A DNA stretch of 19,645 nucleotides from positions 1 to 19,645 of the forward strand of contig JBHHYI010000075.1 in assembly GCA_046757525.1 (NCBI GenBank), written 5' to 3'. Shown here in pieces: positions 8,439-16,008 of this stretch (within the stretch, counting starts at the first letter, position 1; every line of letters starts with the position of its first letter). Below the pieces are notes generated by a model. It worked only from the letters and a program-made list of their open reading frames with translations. It searched no databases and was not told where the DNA came from. This DNA comes from a bacterium (lineage in GTDB: Bacteria; Zhuqueibacterota; Zhuqueibacteria; Oceanimicrobiales; Oceanimicrobiaceae). The translations under genes were made by a program, and so were the position numbers.

Positions 8439-9434
8439 ATGAGTGCTTTTGCAGAAACCCCCAATAGTGCCTGCAGGATATTGTTCGTGGGCTGCGTGCA
8501 AGAGGGTAAGGAATGCCTGCAAGAAATTCTGGAGGCAGGGGGGCAGGTAGTAGGGATCCTGACCTTCACCGACGACATTTTTGAAAAAACCTCCGGGGCC
8601 GTGCGCTTCGACGAGGTTGCGGAGGCGCACGAGATTCCCCTGTACAAGGTCCGGACGACCAACTCTCCGGAAGCGGTGGCGTTGATAAAAGAGATTAGCC
8701 CCGATGCAATATTTGTCATCGGTTGGACTCGATTGATAAGCGCCGAGGTCTTGAAAATCCCAAAATACGGTTGTTTTGGCATGCATGCCTCTCTTTTGCC
8801 CAGGCTGCGCGGTCGAGCTCCGGTCAATTGGGCTCTGATCAAGAACGAGAAGGTAACGGGCAATACCATGATGGTTCTGGATGAAGGCATTGACACCGGC
8901 GACATTGTTGCGCAGAAAAAACTGGAGATCAGGCTGTCGGATACGTGCCACACCCTTTACCAGAAAGTTGGCCAGGCCGGCAGAGAGATGCTGCGCGAGT
9001 TTATTCCAAAACTGCAAGAGGGAGTGTTCTCAAGGACCGTTCAGGCAGATAAAGAGGCCCCCACCATGCCAAAACGAACGCCGGAAGACGGTCTCATCGA
9101 TTGGAATAAGCCAAGCCTGGAACTGTTCAATTGGATTCGGGCTTTAACACATCCTTATCCGGGGGCGTTCACTTACTGGCGCAACAAAAGACTTTTTATC
9201 TGGGATGCTCGCATCATGCACCATCCCAGCAATGGCTCAGAATACGGCAAGTGGCTCAATGCCGGGGCGGGTCAGATTGTTTCTGTGGCTGACGGGGTTG
9301 TAGTCTCCGTGGGTGATTCGGAGCTTTTGAGTATTCATCAAATGAATTTTGCAGAGGAACCCGAATTGTCCTGGCAGCGCTTTGTGGAAACTTACGGTTT
9401 GCAACCTGGCGAACGGTTCTCCGAGGGGAGTTGA
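8439..9434 (+). CDS. Nucleotide-sugar N-formyltransferase (FMT/ArnA-like Formyl_trans_N plus Formyl_trans_C)
   Basis: Motifs HASLLPRLRGRAPVNWAL, DEGIDTGDI, KRTPEDGLIDW and IRALTHPYPGAFT. It lacks the FMGTP/QPD motifs of Met-tRNA formyltransferase and sits among sugar genes. Confidence 0.85.
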   Translation: MSAFAETPNSACRILFVGCVQEGKECLQEILEAGGQVVGILTFTDDIFEKTSGAVRFDEVAEAHEIPLYKVRTTNSPEAVALIKEISPDAIFVIGWTRLISAEVLKIPKYGCFGMHASLLPRLRGRAPVNWALIKNEKVTGNTMMVLDEGIDTGDIVAQKKLEIRLSDTCHTLYQKVGQAGREMLREFIPKLQEGVFSRTVQADKEAPTMPKRTPEDGLIDWNKPSLELFNWIRALTHPYPGAFTYWRNKRLFIWDARIMHHPSNGSEYGKWLNAGAGQIVSVADGVVVSVGDSELLSIHQMNFAEEPELSWQRFVETYGLQPGERFSEGS

Positions 9435-9709
9435 GTTTACCGTCCAGTATTAAAAACTAAAGTGCAATTTCTTGGGGTAAGATTGAACAACTTTGTAATT
9501 GCAGCGACTGTGAAGTTACCTCATAATCAGGGAGGAGGATTAGAATCGACACATTTGTTACAGGCAATTTCTTTTTAGACTTGTTCAATTCATACCTCAT
9601 TTTTCTTTCCGAGCTTTCATAGGAAACGGTTACTAATCGTATCTCTACAACAGAGGTTTGACAGCCTTGGTTAGCATCATATCGGTACACCTCAATTTCA
9701 GGGGGAAAT

Positions 9710-12241
9710 GTGATTAAACGAATTTTTGACATAGTGTTTGCTTGTGTCATCTTGATTTTTTTTCTGCCGGTTGTCCTGATCATCGTTCTGCTCATCAAAT
9801 TTGATTCCCGGGGACCAGTCTTTCTAAAACAGGAGAGTGTGGGCAAAGACGGCAAGCGTTTCAAGGTATTCCAATTCAGAACCGTGTTTACCGACACCAT
9901 CAACGGAGCGCCGCGCTACATCAGATATGGCGACCCACGATTGACGCGAGTCGGCAAGATATTGGAGCGGCTGCGCGTAGATCATTTGCCTGAGCTGATC
10001 AATGTGCTAAAAGGGGAGATGAGCCTCATGGGGCCTACGCCGGAGGTGCCCAGCATCGTCAAACTGTATAGCCCGGAAGAAAGCAAAGTGCTGTCGGTTC
10101 GACCAGGAATCTTTTGTCCTACAAACTTTTTTGACATCAATGGTTGGGATCAATATCCGGAGAATCTGGAGGAACATCAAAAATACTACATCGAAAATGT
10201 TCTCCATCGAAAATTAGCCTATGAACGGCATTATGTCGACCAGGTTGCTCTGCGGCGCGATTTCAAGTTGATTAAAGATGGCCTGGTTAGCGTGGTTTGC
10301 CGCAAACTGCAGGATGTGCTCATCAAGGACATCAAGACCGTGTCTTTCATTCTGCCGCATGACATCATCCTGGTAACCATGTCCTACCTTCTGGCTTATG
10401 TGTTGCGCTTTGAGTGGAGCATTCCCAAGTCGGAGCTGCACACTTTCCAGATTTCCGTGCTGGTTCTGGTGCCGTTGCGGATTCTCGTGTTTCATTACTA
10501 CCGATTTTACAAGAAGCTCTGGCGTTATTTGGGTGTGGGGGATCTCTTGACCATTGTCAAAGCCTGTACGGTTAGTTCGGTACTGTTTGCGGTGATCATT
10601 TTTCTCCTGGGTTTTGAGGAGCACTCGCGCTCGGTGTTGCTGATCGACTGGCTCTTGTGCATTTCTTTTGTGGGCAGCCTGAGAATGGTGTTACGATTCT
10701 TTAGCGAAAACCTGAGAGAGACTTCTGTGCAAAAAACCAAAGTCCTGATCATTGGTGCCGGCGATGTGGGCGAAATGCTGCTCAGGCAACTGAACAAGAC
10801 CAGCCGCGACCGGTACCACGTGATCGGCTTGATCGACGACAATCCCAAAAAATTGGGATTGGAGATTCACGGCGTGCGCGTTCTGGGTGAAACCAGCGAG
10901 CTGGTGGAGCTGGTGCGGTTGTACAAGATTGACGAGGTGGTGATCGCGATTTCGAAAATCTCTGCAGAAAAGATGAAGAAGATAACCCGAATGTGCGAGT
11001 ATGCCAGCATAAAATATCAGATCGTGCCCGCCGTGAACGATCTGCTGAGTGGAAAATTTCATCTTTCCAAAATGCGCAAGGTGGAAATCTCGGATCTTTT
11101 CGGTCGTCAGCCTGTGGAGCTGGACATTTCGGGCATTCGGGAATATCTGTTGGGCAAGAGAATTCTGGTCACCGGGGCGGGCGGGTCCATCGGTTCGGAA
11201 CTGTGCCGGCAGATTTTTGAATATTCTCCCAACACCATGCTTTTGATCGACAAGAATGAGAATTACCTTCATGAAATCGAGTGCGAGCTTCGGGCCAAAC
11301 CCTCTACCGTGAACATCGTTACCCGTTTGATGGATATCACCGATAAAAGAAATTCGTTCGTGTCGTTCAAAAAACATCTGCCTGAGGTCATCTTCCACGC
11401 AGCCGCGCAGAAACACGTGCCACTGGGCGAACGAAACCCGCAGGAGGTGATTCGGCACAACGTACTCGGTACCAAGATCGTGGTGGATTTGGCAGATTAT
11501 TTCAAGGCTGGTCATTTCATCATGGTCTCGACGGACAAGGCGGTAAATCCCACCAGTTTGATGGGGGCTTCCAAACGTCTGGCTGAACTCTACGTGCAAG
11601 CGATGTCCAAGCAGAGCGCTACGAAGTATTTCACCGTGCGCTTTGGCAACGTGTTGAACAGCAACGGCAGCGTGGTGCCCATGTTCATGAAGCAAATTGC
11701 CAACGGTGGCCCTGTGACCGTCACCCATCCCGATATCGAGCGCTATTTCATGAGCATCTTCGAAGCCGTGCAGCTCATTCTGCAAGCGTTGACCATGGGC
11801 AAGAGCGGCGAGATTTTTATCCTGGACATGGGACGTTCAATCAAGATATTTGATCTTGCCAAAGAGCTCATAAAATATGCCGGTCTGCGCCCGAACATAG
11901 ATATCAATATAGAATTTACCGGGTTACGGCCCGGAGAGAAGTTGTTTGAAGAACTCATTGGTAAAGGAGAGGATTGGGTGCCGACCTATCACGATAGCAT
12001 CAAAACATTGAAGTCCAACTACACCTACGAACTAAATTGGATCGATTCAGAGATCAAGAAACTCGTAAGAATTTCGTTGCGGGAAGACGTCCTCTTGTTG
12101 AAAAAGAAGATTCAATCCATCATCGCAGAATACCAGCCGTCGGATTTCTGCGAAACTGTGGTGGACAAAGAAGAAAACAACCACGACCTCAAGGACAAGG
12201 AAGAGGCGGTAGCCACTAACTACAACATCAAGTACGTTTAG
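9710..12241 (+). CDS. Fusion of a degenerate phosphoglycosyltransferase domain to a membrane-bound UDP-GlcNAc 4,6-dehydratase (PglF/CapD/WbpM family)
   Basis: Residues ~1-195 resemble a bacterial sugar transferase. Four TM helices follow, then a CoA-binding-like domain (VLIIGAGDVG, IDDNPKK) and an SDR domain (VTGAGGSIGSELCRQ, HAAAQKHVP, STDKAVNP, MGASK, VRFGNVLNSNGSV, GLRPGEKLFEEL). GTG start after AGGGGG. Confidence 0.9.
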   Translation: MIKRIFDIVFACVILIFFLPVVLIIVLLIKFDSRGPVFLKQESVGKDGKRFKVFQFRTVFTDTINGAPRYIRYGDPRLTRVGKILERLRVDHLPELINVLKGEMSLMGPTPEVPSIVKLYSPEESKVLSVRPGIFCPTNFFDINGWDQYPENLEEHQKYYIENVLHRKLAYERHYVDQVALRRDFKLIKDGLVSVVCRKLQDVLIKDIKTVSFILPHDIILVTMSYLLAYVLRFEWSIPKSELHTFQISVLVLVPLRILVFHYYRFYKKLWRYLGVGDLLTIVKACTVSSVLFAVIIFLLGFEEHSRSVLLIDWLLCISFVGSLRMVLRFFSENLRETSVQKTKVLIIGAGDVGEMLLRQLNKTSRDRYHVIGLIDDNPKKLGLEIHGVRVLGETSELVELVRLYKIDEVVIAISKISAEKMKKITRMCEYASIKYQIVPAVNDLLSGKFHLSKMRKVEISDLFGRQPVELDISGIREYLLGKRILVTGAGGSIGSELCRQIFEYSPNTMLLIDKNENYLHEIECELRAKPSTVNIVTRLMDITDKRNSFVSFKKHLPEVIFHAAAQKHVPLGERNPQEVIRHNVLGTKIVVDLADYFKAGHFIMVSTDKAVNPTSLMGASKRLAELYVQAMSKQSATKYFTVRFGNVLNSNGSVVPMFMKQIANGGPVTVTHPDIERYFMSIFEAVQLILQALTMGKSGEIFILDMGRSIKIFDLAKELIKYAGLRPNIDINIEFTGLRPGEKLFEELIGKGEDWVPTYHDSIKTLKSNYTYELNWIDSEIKKLVRISLREDVLLLKKKIQSIIAEYQPSDFCETVVDKEENNHDLKDKEEAVATNYNIKYV

Positions 12242-12243
12242 CC

Positions 12244-13356
12244 ATGCAGGTAGAACAGGTCGATTTGCTTAGCAAATTTGAATCTTTGAGGGATGAGTGG
12301 AATGCCTTGTTAGAGACCAGCCAGGCCTACACCATTTTTCTCTCCTGGGAATGGTTATTCACCTGGTGGAAGATTTTTGGTACCCCGAATAAACTGTTCC
12401 TCCTCACGGTACGCGAGGATAGCGAACTGGTCGGAATCGCCCCCCTGTATTTGGAAACAGCGAAATTCGCCTACTCTTTTTCCTACCGTCAGTTGGGCTT
12501 TCTGGGGAGTCATCACGTAGGTTCCGATTACCTCGATTTCATAATCAGCCCGCATAACACCGCAACCGTAACCAGAGCCATTTTGGACTACCTGGAGCAG
12601 AATCGCAAGCAGTGGGATATTCTGAAATTGACGGACATCCTGGAGTCGTCTTGCACGCTTCACACCCTGCGGGAGTATTGGCAGAACAAGTTTCATTTTA
12701 GCTCGCGGGTGTCGCAAACGTGTCCTTATGTGGAGCTGCCTTCGACGTGGGAGGACTTTTTGCAGTCCATCGGTGCCCGCACGCGCAAAAACATTCGGCA
12801 GGCCAAACGCAGATTTGAAAAGAATGGTTATCGCTTCGAAGTGGTGGAGCAGCGCGACGAAGTGGCACACGCCATCGATGAGATCGTGGATTTGCACCAG
12901 GGCCGGGCGCAGAGCAAGAAGATCGTCAGCCCATTTGGCGAGGAGAAGTTTTGCGAATTTCATCGTTCAGTCATCCCCTTGCTGGCTGAACGCGACTCTG
13001 CCAAGTTTTATTTCATTCGCCAGAATGGCAAGACCCTGGCTGGCAAATATCTGTATTCCGATGGCAGGAAACGTTACGGCTATATTACCGCCATCAACGA
13101 TGAATTCGCCAGGTTGAGCCCCGGCGTGAGTTTGCTTGCCCATTGCATCGAGGATGCCATCGCAGCAGGCATCGATGAATTCGATTTTTTGCGCGGCCGG
13201 GAAACCTGGAAGACGCATTGGACCAGTCGGCAACGCCAAACTGCCACACTCGAAGTTTACAACGGAACGTTTCTCATGATGCTGCGCTACTGGTTTTCGA
13301 AGTCGCGCGCAGCGGCCAAAAGCCTGGTGAGGAAATATGTCAGGCCGAAGAATTAA
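12244..13356 (+). CDS. GNAT family acyltransferase, CelD/BcsL-like (Acetyltransf_6 / FemAB-like fold)
   Basis: Motifs EWNALL..IFLSWEWL..WW, LVGIAPL, SDYLDFI, PYVELP..WEDFL, SPGVSLL..IEDA and FDFLRG.E.WK..W. Confidence 0.87.
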   Translation: MQVEQVDLLSKFESLRDEWNALLETSQAYTIFLSWEWLFTWWKIFGTPNKLFLLTVREDSELVGIAPLYLETAKFAYSFSYRQLGFLGSHHVGSDYLDFIISPHNTATVTRAILDYLEQNRKQWDILKLTDILESSCTLHTLREYWQNKFHFSSRVSQTCPYVELPSTWEDFLQSIGARTRKNIRQAKRRFEKNGYRFEVVEQRDEVAHAIDEIVDLHQGRAQSKKIVSPFGEEKFCEFHRSVIPLLAERDSAKFYFIRQNGKTLAGKYLYSDGRKRYGYITAINDEFARLSPGVSLLAHCIEDAIAAGIDEFDFLRGRETWKTHWTSRQRQTATLEVYNGTFLMMLRYWFSKSRAAAKSLVRKYVRPKN

Positions 13357-14392
13357 GTCTCTGGTCAATCACTGCCTATATTATTCTGGAGTGCTCTGGC
13401 TATGGCGGTGGGTCAACGAGGTGGTATTGGGCCGGCGGCAAGTGATTATTCTGGCCTATCATCGCATCGGCCAAAAGAGCGACCGGTTCCTGAACATGAA
13501 AATGCCGCCAGCGTTGTTCGAGCAGCACCTGGCGTTCTTGCAGAAACACTTCGAGATCGTCGCGCTCGACGACGCCTATGAGCTCTTGCGTGCAGCGAAG
13601 AAGAAAATCAAGCATCCGGTGGTGCTTACCTTTGACGACGGGTATGTCGATAACTTCAAGCTGTTGTATCCTATGTTGAAGAAGCGTGAGGTTCCGGCCA
13701 CCATCTTCTTGAGCACCGGCAACATCGAGTCCGGGGAACTCCTGTGGTGGGACCGGATCGTGTGCCTGGTTTTCAACGCCAAAGTGTCCGAACTGGACCT
13801 GCGCGAGTTCGGGCTCAAACGGTTCTCGCTGAAAGATGAGGTTGCAAAATCGAACGCCTGCGAAGAGCTCATCGCCGCGGTCAAAAGAAAGCAGGCCCGA
13901 GAACGGGAGCAAATCATTGCTCGCATGGCAGCCTATTTGAAGTGCCAGGCAAACGCCGATGATCAAGACCGCCTGATGACCTGGGAGGAGATTCAATCGA
14001 TGAACAACGGGCTGGTGACCTTTGGCGCCCATGGGATGACCCACACCATATTGACCAATTTAGATCCAGAAGCGATGCGCTGGGAGGTGCAGGAATCCCA
14101 ACGGATGATGCAAGAACGGCTGGGGAAGGCACCCGAATTCTACGCCTATCCCAATGGTCGCATGGCGGATTACAATGCCCAGGTCATGGAAATTCTGCGC
14201 AACTGTGGCTTTAAAGCTGCCTTAACCCTGGTGGACGGCAAGAATTACTGTGGCAAGAAACCCAATCGGTATACTCTCAAGCGGCGGCTGATCACGACAA
14301 ACCGAGATGACCATCCGGCCGGGCGTTTCTCTTCGGCCGACTTTGCCGCAGAAGTCCTGGGCGTTTGGGATTTCTTGCGAAAAAGAAAATAG
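13337..14392 (+). CDS. Polysaccharide deacetylase (NodB/CE4 family, EPS-associated)
   Basis: Motifs ILAYHRI, LTFDDGY, PATIFL, WWD, MTWEEI, FGAHGMTH and YAYPNG. Overlaps the upstream GNAT gene by 20 nt. Confidence 0.92.
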   Translation: MSGRRIKSLVNHCLYYSGVLWLWRWVNEVVLGRRQVIILAYHRIGQKSDRFLNMKMPPALFEQHLAFLQKHFEIVALDDAYELLRAAKKKIKHPVVLTFDDGYVDNFKLLYPMLKKREVPATIFLSTGNIESGELLWWDRIVCLVFNAKVSELDLREFGLKRFSLKDEVAKSNACEELIAAVKRKQAREREQIIARMAAYLKCQANADDQDRLMTWEEIQSMNNGLVTFGAHGMTHTILTNLDPEAMRWEVQESQRMMQERLGKAPEFYAYPNGRMADYNAQVMEILRNCGFKAALTLVDGKNYCGKKPNRYTLKRRLITTNRDDHPAGRFSSADFAAEVLGVWDFLRKRK

Positions 14393-14405
14393 AGAAGCCA
14401 TATTC

Positions 14406-14434
14406 TGCAAAAAAATAGCTCGCAGTTTTTTGCA
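14406..14434. promoter_or_regulatory. 9-bp inverted repeat (hairpin or operator) between the deacetylase and the second GNAT gene
   Basis: TGCAAAAAA (14406-14414), an 11-nt spacer, then TTTTTTGCA (14426-14434). Confidence 0.35.
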
Positions 14435-14469
14435 AATCGTCTGATCCGTTGGTAAATAACATAAAAGAG

Positions 14470-15123
14470 ATGGAAACCCGCTTACAACAACTAAAGTCCC
14501 TTTATAGAAATGGCGGTCTTAAGACGGTCACCAGCAAGATCATCGGTAGGCTGGTCAAGACTGTGGTTGAAAAGGACGCTTTTGTCATTTGGGAGCGAGC
14601 CATCGGAAACGGTGCCCGGGAGATTGCAGCAGCAGAAAAAGCCCAGGTAAAGGTCCGCCAGGCCACACCAGAGGACGTCGACGTATTTGCAGACATCGAC
14701 GGCCTCACCAGTGACAAGTTAGAGCTTCTGCAGCAAAGGTTGGGCAGAAACACAACTTGCTTCCTGGTCTCGGAGGGGGAGAAAACCCGCGGATTCATTT
14801 GGCTCACCGAGGACAAAGAGTTGATTGCTGAAGAATTCGAAGCCATGCTGTTGCACGTTTCTGTCAAGGAACACGAAGCCTACATGTATGATCTTTATTT
14901 GGCGCCAGAAAATCGTGGGCAGGCGTTATCCATCTCTTTGATGAAGGCTCTTTTGGAGGAGGCAGCCCGGCGAGGTTACACCAAACTATACTGCTTGACG
15001 CGGGCCAACTATCTTCCGGCAAACTGGACCATGCGTTTGATATCGTGTCGCCAAAAAGGTAAAGTTTACCTTAGCAGCGCCTTGGGTCGCAAACGCATTG
15101 TGCAGTACGAAATTCTTTCATAA
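14470..15123 (+). CDS. GNAT family N-acetyltransferase
   Basis: Motifs VRQATPED, CFLV..G.IW, AYMYDLYLAPENRGQAL and AARRGYTKLY..N.PA. ATG 14470 is preferred to TTG 14449. Confidence 0.8.
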   Translation: METRLQQLKSLYRNGGLKTVTSKIIGRLVKTVVEKDAFVIWERAIGNGAREIAAAEKAQVKVRQATPEDVDVFADIDGLTSDKLELLQQRLGRNTTCFLVSEGEKTRGFIWLTEDKELIAEEFEAMLLHVSVKEHEAYMYDLYLAPENRGQALSISLMKALLEEAARRGYTKLYCLTRANYLPANWTMRLISCRQKGKVYLSSALGRKRIVQYEILS

Positions 15124-15287
15124 AAACAACAATAGGGGGTATGTTATGAAACTGAAGTTTACAACGTAAGGGCGGTTCTGGCACCCTGCGTTCTGGCAGG
15201 CGTGCGGGATCGCCGTTTTCTATGGAGCGTTGTGCCAGTTCGTATTCAATTCAATGCTACATTAACCACATACGATGGAGGTACATC

Positions 15288-15809
15288 ATGAACGTACACC
15301 GCAGATTGAAGGCAAGCGGCGTGTTGCTCGCCGGCTTGCTTCTCCTTTGGGTGGTTGTATTCCCTGCCTGTAGCGGACGTCAGACCACAGAGCCCACCAA
15401 TGAAGTGACTGCTCTGGACGACGGCGCGGTTGGTTTGGCAAGAATGGGCATGACACCAGTGGCCCACTGGGGTACAGCTCGCCTGAAACCCGTTGGATCG
15501 GATGCTGATGCTGCCGGCGCAGCGAAGCTCGCCATTCTTGATGACAACACGATGAGCGTCATCATCAGAGTGAGAGACATGGATCCTGGAGCGTATGAGA
15601 ATAATGTTTACTGGGGCAAATGTAATGCTGTTGGCGATGTTGCCTACGGTCTTAAAGGCCTCGGGGTCAAAGCAGACGGTACGGGTGGTCAGGACACCTG
15701 GTTCCATTTGAGCGATATGCAAGTGGATGCCCTGGTCAATGGCAACGAAGTCGTGGTCATCTGGAACGGAAGCGAAAAGGTTCTGTGTGGCACCGTACGT
15801 TGGCGCTAA
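15288..15809 (+). CDS. Putative lipoprotein with a Cu/Zn-SOD- or CHRD-like beta fold that lacks metal ligands
   Basis: Strong SD GGAGGT (15277-15282) before the ATG, and a signal peptide ending FPA-C28. Pattern A.LKPVG..AG.A...SV.IRV..MDPGAY....WGKC...G.V...L..L.V.ADGTG....VVIW....LCGTV. The CDS itself is secure; the fold call is inference. Confidence 0.65.
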   Translation: MNVHRRLKASGVLLAGLLLLWVVVFPACSGRQTTEPTNEVTALDDGAVGLARMGMTPVAHWGTARLKPVGSDADAAGAAKLAILDDNTMSVIIRVRDMDPGAYENNVYWGKCNAVGDVAYGLKGLGVKADGTGGQDTWFHLSDMQVDALVNGNEVVVIWNGSEKVLCGTVRWR

Positions 15810-15862
15810 ACCCCAACGCGTTGCCTCCTTACCATTAGAGTACCGATAAGACAATTGAACAT

Positions 15863-15907
15863 TGGGTGGTCCTGTGCAACCACGCGTCAAGGATCACCCA
15901 TTTTTTT
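15863..15907 (+). terminator. Rho-independent terminator
   Basis: An 11-bp stem, TGGGTGGTCCT (15863-15873) with AGGATCACCCA (15890-15900), including one G-U pair. The loop is 16 nt and a T7 run follows immediately. Confidence 0.7.
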
Positions 15908-15937
15908 AATATGTTGGTTGCAACTGCAAATTTCCTA

Positions 15938-15966
15938 TTGCAGAAGCCCGCAGAATTTACGATATT
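15938..15966 (+). promoter_or_regulatory. Possible sigma70 promoter for the aromatic biosynthesis gene
   Basis: TTGCAG, a 17-nt spacer, then GATATT. It lies downstream of the terminator and about 40 nt upstream of the CDS. Confidence 0.3.
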
Positions 15967-16008
15967 TAGGGCAAATGTAAATCCAGAGATAGCTAAATCG
16001 GAATCTGG

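Noticed and set aside
8439..9434. Methionyl-tRNA formyltransferase (fmt)
   Set aside because: It lacks the FMGTP and QPD motifs, has no def neighbour, and shows an ArnA-like C-terminus in a sugar-gene context.
9457..9903. 148-aa minus-strand ORF crossing the intergenic gap
   Set aside because: About half is antisense to a conserved gene, and it has no motif or convincing RBS.
10691..11785. 364-aa minus-strand ORF, and the other long antisense ORFs such as 16786-17913, 8277-9017, 18756-19493, 13400-14044 and 15246-15890
   Set aside because: They are shadows of well-supported + strand genes and have no recognisable motifs.
12205..12212. ops/JUMPstart core GGCGGTAG
   Set aside because: It lies in the 3' end of a CDS rather than the leader, the following bases do not match the consensus, and it is explained by the codons E-A-V-A.
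15861..15907. SRP RNA (the GGTCCTGTGCAA segment looks similar)
   Set aside because: There is no helix-8 CAGG/GGAA/AGCA motif; a stem followed by T7 fits a terminator.
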